NCBI GenBank assembly: GCA_030324005.1
Contig: JARDVH010000128.1
Coordinates: 12,385,786 to 12,449,785, forward strand
Reading direction: 5' to 3'
DNA length: 64,000 nucleotides
Source: Negaprion brevirostris
Lineage: Eukaryota
A program made the position numbers and the translations under genes. Every line of letters starts with the position of its first letter. Positions within the stretch are counted from its first letter, which is position 1. The notes beneath the pieces were generated by a model. That model had not been told where the DNA came from and made no database searches. It saw nothing but the letters and a program-made list of their open reading frames with translations. Positions 37,805-50,250 of this stretch are shown here, in pieces.

Positions 37805-40800
37805 GTACGTCGACACAGCTGTAAAAAAGTTTTGAATTTGAATCTATGGTTTGTCGGACTTCCAGCGAAAAAAAATCCACTTAGTCTGAACCTATTAGGC
37901 TCTTAGACTCAGCCAGTAAAATGAGATAGGATGAATCAACTGTGCAATATGACATTATTGTTAGAAGATGTACTTTATGATAAAGTTTAATACGTAAGCC
38001 CACGCACTTATGAAGCAGATAGAACCACATGATCTTGTGAACTGCTTTGCATTGTTTGAGGAAAGGAATTTTCCAGGGTATTTATTTTCCTTATTGGCCC
38101 TGGGTTATTTCTCTGTGCCTCTCCCTGGAGATTACATGGCGGTGGGAGGTGGGTGGGAATGTGTTTAATAATGATATTCTGCTTTGAGTGGGCTTGTTGA
38201 ACCTACTGCTCCTTGCCTGCCTAAAATTCAGATATTTGTAGAAAATGAAATGGTTAGTACCTTTATTTTACATCTGAATTTTTCTGCTTTGCTGCATCAT
38301 TAGACACTCAGAGGAAACAGCATCTTTAAAAAAGCAAGCTTGGATTTCCATACATGTCTGAGATATCTATTCCAGATGAATTTAGCTCTGAAGTTTGCAT
38401 CATCTAATGCAAGTGTGCAAATGCTTAATGTATGGAAGTTTTGGGTCACTAAGCTGGTAAATGAAGGCTGTGAATGCCAATACAGAGTGTGCTTTCACTT
38501 TGGGCACCTGGGAGGTATTATTGATATTAGATTGTCCTGTAAATGGCGCCACATCTGTTTCGCCTCTTGCTTAACACCAATTTTCAGAAAAGGGAATGTA
38601 ACTTCTTTCAGAGCCATTCTTCAAAACATAAGCTAAGCCAAGCCTAAAGAAAGGCGCAATCTTAACTTGTCACTCCTTTGTACAGGTGTTGCACCTGCCT
38701 GCTTGCTGCAAAAACCTACGATTTTGTTTACATAGGGTGGAATTTTATGACCCCATTGTGTCAAGAGCAGGTGGGACTTGAACCTGAAGCTTCAGGCTCA
38801 GAGGCAGGGAAACTACCCACTGCACCACAATACCTCTTCCTTGTATTTATACAGTACCTTTAAAGTATTAAAATGTCCCGAGGTGCTTGCAAGGAGCATT
38901 ACAAAGTAAAATTTGACACAGAGTTACATTATGAAACATTAGGGAAGAAGACCAAAAGCCTGGTGAAAGAGAGGTTTTATGGAGTGTCTTAAGAGAAGAA
39001 GCAGAAAGACAGAGAGGTTTAGAGAAGGATTTCAGGATTAAGATCTCGACAGGTGAAAACATGGTAAATGAAGGTGATTAAAATCGGACATGCTCAAGAA
39101 GCCGGAATTGCAGATGTGTAGATATGTTGGAAGGTTGTGAGACTTGAAGGGTTTTTAGAGGTAGGGAGTTACAAGGCTTTGATTGTGAAATGGAGTGATT
39201 GGAAAAGATGAGAATTTTAAGTGAGAACCAAAGTAAGCCAGTGAGCACAAGGATAATGGGATGGCGAATAGGATTTGGTATCACTAAGGACATGGACAGA
39301 GTTTTGGATGACTTCACACCCCGCGATCCCACATTGTTGCCCCTCTGACCCCCCCACCTCCCNNNNNNNNNNNNNNNNNNNNNNNNNNNNNNNNNNNNNN
39401 NNNNNNNNNNNNNNNNNNNNNNNNNNNNNNNNNNNNNNNNNNNNNNNNNNNNNNNNNNNNNNNNNNNNNNNNNNNNNNNNNNNNNNNNNNNNNNNNNNNN
39501 NNNNNNNNNNNNNNNNNNNNNNNNNNNNNNNNNNNNNNNNNNNNNNNNNNNNNNNNNNNNNNNNNNNNNNNNNNNNNNNNNNNNNNNNNNNNNNNNNNNN
39601 NNNNNNNNNNNNNNNNNNNNNNNNNNNNNNNNNNNNNNNNNNNNNNNNNNNNNNNNNNNNNNNNNNNNNNNNNNNNNNNNNCTATTTCTCATTAATGGGG
39701 AGCAGGAGTAAACCCCACTGGAGGGAACCATTCCTGGCGAGCAGGGGGGAGACACTAGCGGGCCCAGAGACTTCAGTCCTGAGCCTGTTAATGACATTGC
39801 AATTGCAATTTAATGATGACTCCTAAAAGCTTGGAGCTGGAGATGTACAGAGGCCATGGTGCCCAACAGGGAGCCCGCTAAACAGGCTGTGCTGATGTCT
39901 CCCAGCTGTTGCACTGTTCGACCAGTTGCAGCAGGTTGGGAGAATTGCCCCCAGTGGCTTTGGTCCTCATATTACATAATTAGAGAAAATGATGTTGCTT
40001 CCCCTCAGATACATTTATACAATTCATCTTGACCAGTTTGTGTGGTTGTGAGATCCACATTCTGGGGAAAGCAGTTATTCCCCAGGTATTTAATGTATTT
40101 TTTATATTGTAGATTCCCATTGTTTTGCACATTTTTTTTATTTATGCTCTCAGGAATTTTGAAGCAGCCTGCTTTAATCTAGCCACACTCGTAAACGAAA
40201 GCAAATTTATCTGTCACAATCTCCAGCACTGGAATCCGTTTCTTTTAGAAAGTTTTAGGTGTGACATTAAACGAATACTGGGGTAGTCTAGCTGAAAATC
40301 TGATTCCAAATGGTAGTCATGGCAATGTTAGCAAGAGATCAGAGCAGCAAAATAGATTACTCTTTTAAAAGGAACCACTGGAAGGAAAAAATAAATTAGC
40401 ACAGATTGTTCAGTCAAGGTCCATGCATCAAATAGCTAGTGTTTGTAATTTTAATTATAGAGTGAGCTGCTTTAAAAGGGCGCTGGCTTTGGGAAAAAAA
40501 TTGGCAAAACGCTCTCCATTTGTATGCAGACATATAGCACAAGGTTATAAATAATATTGAAACAGACATTTAAAAATCAATTTTGCTGAGTACATCTTTG
40601 TGAAGTCTGTGCCCCTTTAGCCTTCACTTCTTCAAAACATTGGCTTTCGGAATATAATCACCCTAAATTATTTCAGAGGTCCTGTGGGCATAATGACAAA
40701 ATGTTGAAAACAATATGTTGCGATGATATTTCAGCTACTGAGCCTCTGCTAATTAATTTAAAATTTGAGGAATGTCCATTTGAGGAATGGCCATTCAAGT

Positions 40801-41216
40801 ATGTATAATGACTGTTCGAACAAGCTATTTAGCTGTACATTGTAATCTACAGAGGATTGGAAGTTGACATGTTTTGCTTCATAGCGTGATGAAATCTGCC
40901 CAGTATTCTGAAAGTGTTTCTTGCCTCAGAAATAAAGATCGCCAGTATGTTTATCATCATGTGGCTGTTGTCCACACCAAATTTCTCTTCCACCCTGTAT
41001 CTGCTGCTCATGTTCTTTATTTAATGCCTTTATTATTTTGTAACTGACAAGATGAACAGAATGCTGACATAATGGGTTGAGCTGAAAGAACGGTGGCAGA
41101 TTTCACAATGCGCTCTCTCTCCTGACATATTGAGTTTTCTGATACATTAACTGATACATGATACCTATTGTCTAGCGTTACTGACTTTTGAACTTCCCAT
41201 CCTCCAATGTGTTTAG

Positions 41217-41296
41217 ATGAAGATTTGTCAGATGTCAGCAGCACCAAGATGGAAACTCCTAATTCCATTAATGGCTGTGATCCTCTGAGTACAATG
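41217..41296 (+). CDS. CARD11: CARD11 coding exon (approx. exon 12): (D)EDLSDVSSTKMETPNSINGCDPLSTM
   Basis: gtgtttag acceptor, ATG|gtaagt donor, 80 nt, phase 1-0, which exactly restores frame between its neighbours; divergent acidic/Ser-rich peptide ending in M like the human exon. Confidence 0.78.
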
Positions 41297-43689
41297 GTAA
41301 GTAACTTTGACAGCTACTTATAACCCTCTCTAGGCGTATTTTACTTGTCTTCCACGTTCAACACTTTGAGAATTATTCTGGCATCAAAAACAAAGATACA
41401 ATAATTTGAGAAATGTTCTGATTGAACTGTCAGAGAAAAAGTATCGACTGAAAAATGTTCGTCCGTGTCTCATCTTGACTGTTTAGTGTCAGTGGAGTCT
41501 GACTAGGCATTTCAAGTATAATACATAAAGCTCAATGAAACCTGTAAGCCATGGAGAGAATTCAATCACTGCAAATTCCCCTCTGAAATGCCAGAATCAC
41601 CCTGTAATTTTGGGCTTCCATAATCTTCCACCAAATATTATGCCAGCTAATCGGAAAATTAGTTGAGGAAACTGCTCAGAAACACAAGTAAGTGTAAAGT
41701 AGTGCAAACTTGGTGTTAAAACTGCTAATGGTGAGTTTGAGTAAGCAATTTGAGCAAACTCTACATTCAACATTAACAGAAAATGCTGGAAAATCTCAGC
41801 AGGTCTGACAGCATCTGTGGGGAGAGAATAGATGTGAGATGCCAGCATTGGACTGGGGTAAACACAGTAAGAAGTCTTACAACACCATATTTAAGTCCAA
41901 CCGATTTATTTGATAGTAAACTCGCAAGCTTTCAGGGTTTGCCCCTTCGTCAGGCAAACTCTCCATTCACCTGAAAATTGGTCCTACATTATCACTGTAA
42001 CAGCTCTTCAAAGGAGTACTTCATTAGCTGTGAAGTATTTTGGAATGTTCTGAGATTAAGAAAGGTGCTAATTAAATGCAAGTTCTTTCTTTAACAATAT
42101 TTAGTTCTCAAAATTTGCAAAAACTAACAGTTTCTCTGCAGATGAGACAAGGACAGGGCATACATATTTTTTCAATATGTTTTTCAGTACTTGAGGATAA
42201 CTAAAAAGGCTATTGACTACATTAAACTAATCTTGGTGTTAGGACACCAAGACTAATACAGTATACAGGAAGGCCGGGTTTTTTTACTACTTACTTGATA
42301 GTTTCTGTTCTAGTTTATGCGAATCACAAGAAAGCACCCTTAGGCAGTTTATGAAAATGGGCAACAGTCAAAGCTGACAAGCAATTAATAGTTGCTTTAC
42401 AATGACAGTTCATTTATATTCTCCACTATTTGCCTTACCATTTTCCTCCTCTGTTTTGACCTCGAGGTTCTCTTCCATCTGTATTATGTTTATTATGAAT
42501 AGAGAGGGCAAATGGAGAGATGAACCTCGCTGTAAAAACTGCATAATGCAAGCATTCCTGTTGTCATAGAGATCCAAAATAAACATTGCTGACTTCACCA
42601 AATGCTTTGGCAACCAATTTGATGAGCTTGGAGTGGAAGTGAGGCCACTTTGCAAATCAAATGGAACAATTTTATTTACTGTTAGGAATGTGTAGTGCAC
42701 AAATCTAAATGGGAGCTCTCAGTGATGTCCCCTCATCCAAGCAGTTTGAATGCTCATGTCTTACCTGGTGATTTTGCTTTGATTAAGCTTGTAGTAACAC
42801 CTGTAGCGCATTAAAAATTGAAAGTGAACAATTGAAAGTGGGAGGTAAATGGAATGGATGAAGTGATAATAACAGTGCATGTGCTCGTTTAATTTGAAAT
42901 GATTCTCTGAACCATGATATCTCAAGCTGAACTAGAAAGTTAAATTTTAGCCAGCTGCTTTGCCTGATGGTTGCTGCGCACTTGAGTATTACTCACGGTA
43001 GGTATCTCTCCGGAAAATTTGTTTCAGAATCCGTTTTGTCATTTTGATCTTGCCAATGTTCACTTTCATTCCAAAGTTCATGCTGCTGTTAGTAGTCCTC
43101 CTCCTGGTTATTGTAATCCTTCTTCTGTGCTTGCTACAAGTGCTTTGTCACTCCCTCCTTTGCTGAGCTTGGCCTCTGACAGGAGCTCCCATCTACTCTA
43201 TTGATGTTTATTGGTGCTGATGCCATCCTGAGTCATTTTCTTGGCTATTTTTAGTGGCGGTTCACCTTATTCAATATTCAGAAAAAGGAAAGAACTAGAC
43301 AGGTGCAAGAATTCAAGTATTGAGGAAGCATACTATCTGCAGATGGAAGGTGCAATAAAGAGATAAGGATAACAATGTGAGAATAATCCACTCCCTTTGG
43401 AATTCTAGGGAGTAGAGGACATGTGGAGTGAGGTAATTCTGGAGACTGATAGACAGGCGCACAATTGGAGCTAGCAAGGAAATGATGGTCAGGTATTTCC
43501 ATCACATGTGATTTAAACAATCAAATTGAGGTTGTCCCTGATAACCCTGGCACATCTCTGCATAGCCCTGGCATCCAACAGAGCTGCCATGAGATCCCTG
43601 TCATCTCCTCCTCATATTCCACTTCTTCATCATCCCCATCTGAAGAGATTAGTGGCTCTTCCATGTCCTAGATTGGCAATTCCTCACCC

Positions 43690-44400
43690 CTTTGCATGTT
43701 TAGCACGGCACAGCAGATGATGTCAATCTCCAGACCAGTCAAGGTATCAGAAATGCATTTGGAGCAATCCTGTGGTATGCTCTGTGACTGCCTTTGCTGA
43801 GCGGTCAACAGTGTTGCAGTGCTTTAGACGAATGCACTGGTGCCATGAGCCATGTTCTTTGGGGATCGCCTTTGTCACTCTGGATCCAGCCCTGCACTTG
43901 GGCATGGGTCTGAAATAACTGTGGTAGCTAGTAGTCCCTTGAGATGTATGGGTCATGAGAGATCCCTGGGAAATGAGCACACGCCAGTATATTCCTTTTT
44001 TGGTGTCAGAGACTACTTGACTGTTAAGGAAGTGAAACACTAAATAGCAGCTTGCAGTTCCCAGGGATCCCCAGTAGCCACCTCTATGGAGTTGATTCCA
44101 TCCAATACCTGTGGAAACCCCACAATGGCTGCTAAGTCATTTGCTGAAATGGCTATCAGCATTTGTTGAGAATCAGATGAATCTGGTGGCTCTTGAATAG
44201 GATATTTGATATCTCCTGCATTGCACATATATGTCACAGCTTGGGAACTATTACACATATCCCTCTTGAAGCTCTGAAATGAGCTGCTTGCAAAGAAGTT
44301 TGGAGCCACAGTTCCAAAGACACAGGGTTACAGATCTTGTTGCGGATGTACACATAGGTCAGTAAGCACTTCCCAGGAACGTCTTAGCCATCTCTGACAT
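43690..44400 (-). pseudogene. Decayed PIF/Harbinger (HARBI1-like) DDE transposase
   Basis: Ordered minus-strand motifs NFFASSSFQ, AAIVGFPQVLDGINSIEVA, FHFLNSQVVSD, AHFPGISHD, GWIQSDKGDP, TWLMAP, GLLQMHF*YLDWSG and CCAVLN match the HARBI1-family order (FFASGSFQ, GFP.V.G.IDCTHV, HSLNVQ.VCD, PGS.HD, GWLLGDKGYP, LK.RFRCLD, CC.LHN), with frameshifts and stops. Confidence 0.82.
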
Positions 44401-46324
44401 TGCCTGTCACACATCTGGAGATAGCTGGTGTGCGTTCTGAACACGTCCTGACATGCCAATGCTCTTCAGCCCTAGTTGGGCTCCTCCTGACGTCACTCCC
44501 CCTCGGCTTGTACCTAGTTTTCTGATGAATCATCTCATCCAACACCTGAGGTTGGAAAAAATGGTTTGGTTATGAGACCCAATGTAAATCCAGAAAATGG
44601 ACCATGTGAAGAAGGCTTTTTTGACATGGCCTTCGTTCCTAGAGCAGTTGCAGTTCACCAGTGGGAATGCATGGCCCTCCACAGGCTACACCCAGAACAA
44701 CTCCCATCCCACAGTAGCCTCCTCCCACAACAACCTGATTTTTGAGCTAAATTTCCTTGCAGGACTTGATATCCAGCAAGGTGGCAGTTTCTTTGTAGCC
44801 ATGTCAATGGACACTGACATTGTGACCCTGTAGCTGGAGCCCATCCACCTCCACCCTCCCTCTGTCACCCTTGAGCTTCCTCCCATCTACCTTCCCCTCA
44901 CCACAATATTACCTTGCTCTTTTCCCCAATCAGCGTGGAGCATCCAACCATCACCCCTGGTTCAGAACCATTAATCCACTCTCTTCCATCTTTCATCCTC
45001 ACTCCAGCACCCCCACCCTCCCACCATCATCTTGGAGCATTTGTCTATCACCCTTTTATTTTCCCTTGACCCTTCTTCAAAGGCTATTGGCCTGCCTCCT
45101 CTGAAGCTGGGCCTGCCCTGCTTTAAACTCAAGATCCATTCCTTGAACATTGACCTGCCATGTGTGGTGCAGCTGCCTCCCGTGATCTCTGCAACAATGG
45201 GCTGTGGGCTGGAGTTTGGCTCCCTTCTGACACCTTCTCCACAACGCCACCCCCCCCCCCCGCCAAATATGCCAGTGCTTTGCCGTGTTGCCACTTGAGG
45301 ACACGAGCATTAGCCCCATCCTCTTGCCAACCCAACCACTGTGCTATCTGAGGACCTGAGTGCCACGCTTTCCACTATCATTCATTCCACTATGGACTAT
45401 CCCCTGGTCCTGTCTCCTGAGTTAGACAAAGATAAAACCTCACTTCAGGTCCAAAGGTTGAACAACCTTGTCTGGTACATGCCATCTTTAAGCTATCATG
45501 AAACAGCATGCATTGGCCATGCTAAATTCTCATTCAGTGTACCCGAACAGGTGCTGGAGTGTGGTGATTGGGGGATTTTCGTAGAAACTTCATTGCAGTG
45601 TTAGTGAAAGCCTACTTGTGGCACTAATAAATAAACTTCAAAAAACTTTTTAAACAAAAGACACAAGTTTCCCATATGCCAATAACCTAATCCTGAAGAA
45701 AAACTTAATTTGGTGTGCTTCCCAATTAACGAGTATTCATGGTATGCAAATGAATGTCAAATAGAATCCCACCACCAGGCACTGCATTGGCAGTTCTGCT
45801 GCTGGCACACGACCCATTTTGTCTCATAAAGTCAACCCAATATTGAGGAGCCAAGATTTTGGCTTTCACCTAATTAAGTCCCAACCCCCCCTCCCCCACC
45901 TCCAGCCCCAGCCTGTCACATTTCCTGTACTTACAGGCCACACCAAATTCCACCCAGAGAGTCTGGGTATGGTGCATCTAAAGAGGAAATTGACTTGAAA
46001 GCTATTTCATGGAGAGAGGATTTCAAGGAAAAAGAAGAAAAGAACATCAATGTTGGATGGCTTGAAAATTGAAGGAAGTTGTTGGCAAGTAAATAAACTG
46101 GCCCAATTTAGAGAGCCTAGAAAGGCAACTGTGAATCAAGATAGATCATACATGATGATGATGATGAATTCAATTCAGCCAACAGCAAAGAGGTGGGAAT
46201 CCACCTCCATCAAGAGCTTAAAGTTATCTGAATTAGTCTATTTCAAATGAATTCACTCAATATCCATATTTGGGCTGGGATTCTTCAGATTGAGCCCTGC
46301 CAGTCCCAGTTAAAGAAAATATCA

Positions 46325-46591
46325 GCATATGTATTCACTGGCAACATACTACCTGTGTGCCTGTGATGACTTCAGCCAGGCTAATAAGATTGGCTTGCTA
46401 GAGTATGAACTACCTGATGAGTCCTAAATGATGGTTAAATCAGGAAGCCTCATGCTCCCTATTTAAAGCAGGTGTGTCAGATTCCCAGCCTGCATTCAGC
46501 AGGGAGCAACTGGAGAGCTGGCTGTGTACAGATGTACGGTGTAAATAAAGTATCTTGGTGACTGGACTTTCACCCCCATGGAGTTATTGCA
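46325..46591 (+). mobile_element. Possible short solo LTR
   Basis: TATA-like tatttaaa, then aataaa, ending ggagttattgca, an LTR-like order; 5' end and TSD unclear. Confidence 0.4.
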
Positions 46592-46935
46592 GTGTCCTTG
46601 TGGCACATTTTCATTTCATCATCGATACATCACTTAAATTTTCATTCTTCATGGTGTCTGCTTGGAATGTCAGCAGGATAGTTGGTTGCGAGGAGCCTGA
46701 CATTTGCACACAAATGCTTTTTAGCAGAGAGGTCTATGGTTAATTACCAGTGACAAGAGGTCTGGTGGATTACTTCAGTATCCCATCAACGTTTCCAACT
46801 GTAATGCTGCCACCTTAACCTATCTGAGATTAGTTCACATGCCAAAAATTAAACAACTGGACATCAAACCCCTTGAACTTCCTGGTTTATTGACTTAAAG
46901 TGTAAGTCATTATTGTCATATTTAATAATGAGCCA

Positions 46936-47205
46936 ATACTTGCCTGGCAGGAGAAAGTCAATGATCAGGCAGGTTGATTTCTGTGGCTAGGGTAGAGTCA
47001 ATGATCAGGGTAGCCAGTAAGCTTTAACTGAGGTATCACCTGCTGCAATTTTTCAAAGCCATCTCGGCCTTTTGGCTAAGATAAAGCATCAGGTCAAGCC
47101 TTAGAAGTGCAATACCTCATTTTGTTAGCTTGGATCTTGTTTGTTTCTCTCATGGCGACCATGAATTGGATTCAATTTAAATTTGCTTTTATGGATGGAA
47201 TAAAA
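46936..47205 (+). mobile_element. U1+U2 snRNA-derived chimeric retroelement (SINEU-like)
   Basis: 46936-46981 matches recalled U1 nt 1-46 at 36/46 ungapped; 47062-47082 is identical to U2 nt 7-27; then about 110 nt of unique body ending in aataaaa. Confidence 0.7.
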
Positions 47206-47371
47206 CAATTTTTTAAGTATTCTCATTAGTCAAGTGTTCTTTAACTAATAAAACAAAATGAATAGACATTTTATTAAAATGAAGGTCCTCACAGCCTTCC
47301 AAAAGCAATAATGCATTCATGATTGAACAGTGCAATTCAGAGAATTTCTTAGCCTGTTTTTTGTGTTATAG

Positions 47372-47484
47372 CAAACACTGAGACCCCGATTCCCCAGTGT
47401 CATGTCAACTACTCCTGAACCACCTTGCAATGATTCAATTCTACGGAGGACTAGGGAAGAAGAACGGGAGTTGCCACATAGAAG
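47372..47484 (+). CDS. CARD11: CARD11 coding exon (approx. exon 13): QTLRPRFPSVMSTTPEPPCNDSILRRTREEERELPHR
   Basis: ttgtgttatag acceptor, AAG|gtaaga donor, 113 nt, phase 0-2; matches human SIMSITAEPPGNDSIVRR...PHR. Confidence 0.92.
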
Positions 47485-49189
47485 GTAAGAGATGCCCCAT
47501 CACTGGATAGGCAGCAAGTGATATTGGAGAGTTTATGACTTTATACAAATTGTCCCTGCTAAATGCTATCAGTGTACCATATCGCCAGATTATAAATCAC
47601 TTTCAATTATTGTTACTACAAATTGTAAGGAGGACTATAAACCACAGGAAACACCAGCCCCTAACTATCCTCACTACACACAAATGGAGCTGGTACATCA
47701 TCTTGGGATTGTTTTGACACCTGCTAATCTTAAAGGGATGTCCCAGTTTCCCAAAAACCTTACAGGGCCCCATTTAGCTCTTTGCACTTTTCTCTATTTA
47801 TTTCATCTTTCTCATGCTCCCAACTGTTTTGGATATTATTTGATCCTTTTCCAACGCTTTTGATTTCTCAGATTGTTGTACATTAACTTTTTTTTCACAA
47901 AACCTTAGAACTCCTCACCTCCCCTGAAGCATTGCTTCAAACTGTGGAACTTCACAATTCCCATGGACATCACTTCACTCTACAAACAAATACAAGCTTC
48001 TTACCATCTGATTCCCAAATCTTTCTTACCTCCATGTTTCTCCTCAATTGGCAATCTTGGTGGTATCCTTCATGGTGGACTTAGACCTTCCTTCCAGATG
48101 TACTAAATAATTTTTTAAAATGATGTGACAGAATTAATGTATGTGCTAACATTAACCTGCTACAGTAGATTATTCTGCTAAGCTTTGAGCAGTCATTAAG
48201 TAGATTTAACAGCTAGTTACCCATCGTAAACACTTCAGAAGACCATACATATCCCTTAACTTTAAACTCAATATTGATACACTCATTAACAAATAGCAAC
48301 CTTTCCCTCGGATTTGGCATGAAAAAATATAATTTAATTGATCTGCCTTTTATTAATCCCTGTTAACTGTAGATGTTTGATCTCATTATGCTTCGAAGCT
48401 TTAGGACTGTTTATCGAGCTTAGCTGCAAGCTGAATTTCACTGTCAGGTTTGGATACATTCTTCTGCTGAAAATTCACGTAGATACATCTGGTTGTCTCT
48501 TCACCATTTCCTTGTGTTCACTTTAGTGCCCATCAATATTGCCGAGTGTACAACAATAAATAATAATTAGATTTTGTACTTCTGCTTATGTTTATTTCTG
48601 ACCATTCAATTTGTAATGAATTTTTTTTTATTTCATTGTCATTTTAATGAATATTGCAATTGTCAAGGNNNNNNNNNNNNNNNNNNNNNNNNNNNNNNNN
48701 NNNNNNNNNNNNNNNNNNNNNNNNNNNNNNNNNNNNNNNNNNNNNNNNNNNNNNNNNNNNNNNNNNNNTTTTTTTATTTCATTGTCATTTTATTGAATAT
48801 TGCAATGGTCAAGGTTGGGAAACGAAACCATGAATGAATCCACTTTTTTTGTCATTCAGTTTCAGGATCAAGTAGTCCTGAGGCTCATACAACATGGTTA
48901 GATGCAGATGAATGTTCTCATCAACAATGTGTCTTTCACGTAAGCTGAGATGAGCTGCCTACACAGCTCCAATGTGACACCCCTGTGCAATACAAAGCAT
49001 TGAATGCCAATTTAGAGATGCTTCGTACTGAACTACGGGTTAGTGTCTCACACAAATGAGCTGCAGCTGTCCATGTTCAGTTCAAGTAAAATCCTGACAG
49101 GCAGCAGAAGAGAGATGTGCATCCCATCTGAATTCAAACTTAATTTTCAGGTGCAGAAAGAAGGTATCCTAACCCACTCCACCACCTCT

Positions 49190-49478
49190 GGGTAACACAT
49201 TAGTTAGCACTGCTGCCTCACCACCAGGGATCTGGTTTCGATTCCTGGCTTGGGCCACTTTCTGTGCAGAGTCTGCACATTCTCCCTGAGTTGGCGTGGT
49301 TTTCATTCAGGTACTCCAGTTTCCTCCCACACTCCAAAAGACGTGTTGCTTAGGTGCATTGGCCATGTAAAATTCTCTCTGTGTACCTGAACAGGCACCA
49401 GAGTGTGGTGACTAGGGGATTTTCACAGTAATTTCATTGCAGTGTTAAGCCTACTTGTGGAAAAAATACAAAAAAACT
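49190..49478 (+). mobile_element. HE1-like V-SINE with tail B; tail-B fragment also at 45510-45642
   Basis: Head, V-domain, then gtgtacctgaacaggcaccagagtgtggtgactaggggattttcacagtaatttcattgcagtgtt and an A-rich end. Confidence 0.87.
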
Positions 49479-50051
49479 GATACCTGCTCATTAAAAAATG
49501 GATGGTCTTTCACTTTGAGTAATGACTATATTTTCATATTTTGCTCAATCATCTCGTCTTATGGTAACATTTTTCCTCCTTCCATAGTGCCCATTTGAAG
49601 AAATACAGGTAAATTTTCATGAAACTCACCTGGTTTGTAACCCAAATTGCCCACTGCAAATGTTTGTCTGTATCTCTCGTCTGTTGTGCCATGCTGTACT
49701 CATGAATGTCTCGTTCTTTTGGTGAAAGTTAAGACATTAGTTGCATCTTCATTTTGGTCTTTATGTCCTGTAGACCTGGTTGTGCAGCCTTTGCAGTGGC
49801 AGATTTATGGTTTGGTCTGCTTGTTGGTGAGGAATGGACGAGAGTGTGGTTTGAGTTGAAGGTGATACTTGACTGACTTGGCAGGGAAGAGACTGAACTA
49901 GGGACTGGGGGAGTGCCACCATACTCAGCCTGAAGCTGGGAATCGCACAGACTTGCAGATCATAACCTCATGGAGACCAAAGCCGGGTGACGGAGCTTGC
50001 TGGGACCTGAAAAATCACATTGGCTGACTTCAAAATCATTGCTGTAATTAT

Positions 50052-50250
50052 CATAGAATCCCTAGAGTGCAGAAGGAGGCCATTCAGTCCATCGAGTCTG
50101 TACCAACTCTCTGGCAGAGTATCTTCCCCAGGGCCTCTCTCCTGCCCTATCTCCATAGCCTCACACATTTACCGTAGCTTATTCTAACCTACATATCTTG
50201 GGGCACTAAGGGGTAGTTCACCATGGCCAATCTACCGTACCAGCACATGT
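50052..50250 (-). mobile_element. HE1-like SINE 3' half (tail A)
   Basis: catagaatccctagagtgcagaaggaggccattcagtccatcgagtctg is the reverse of tail A. Confidence 0.8.

Noticed and set aside
46936-47086. Functional U1 or U2 snRNA gene
   Set aside because: Both pieces are truncated, the U1 part is diverged, and no Sm site or 3' stem-loops are present; treated as retroposed fragments.
48620-48815. About 45-nt duplication on both sides of a ~100-N gap
   Set aside because: Typical unmerged contig overlap or allelic ends (2 mismatches), not a true tandem repeat.
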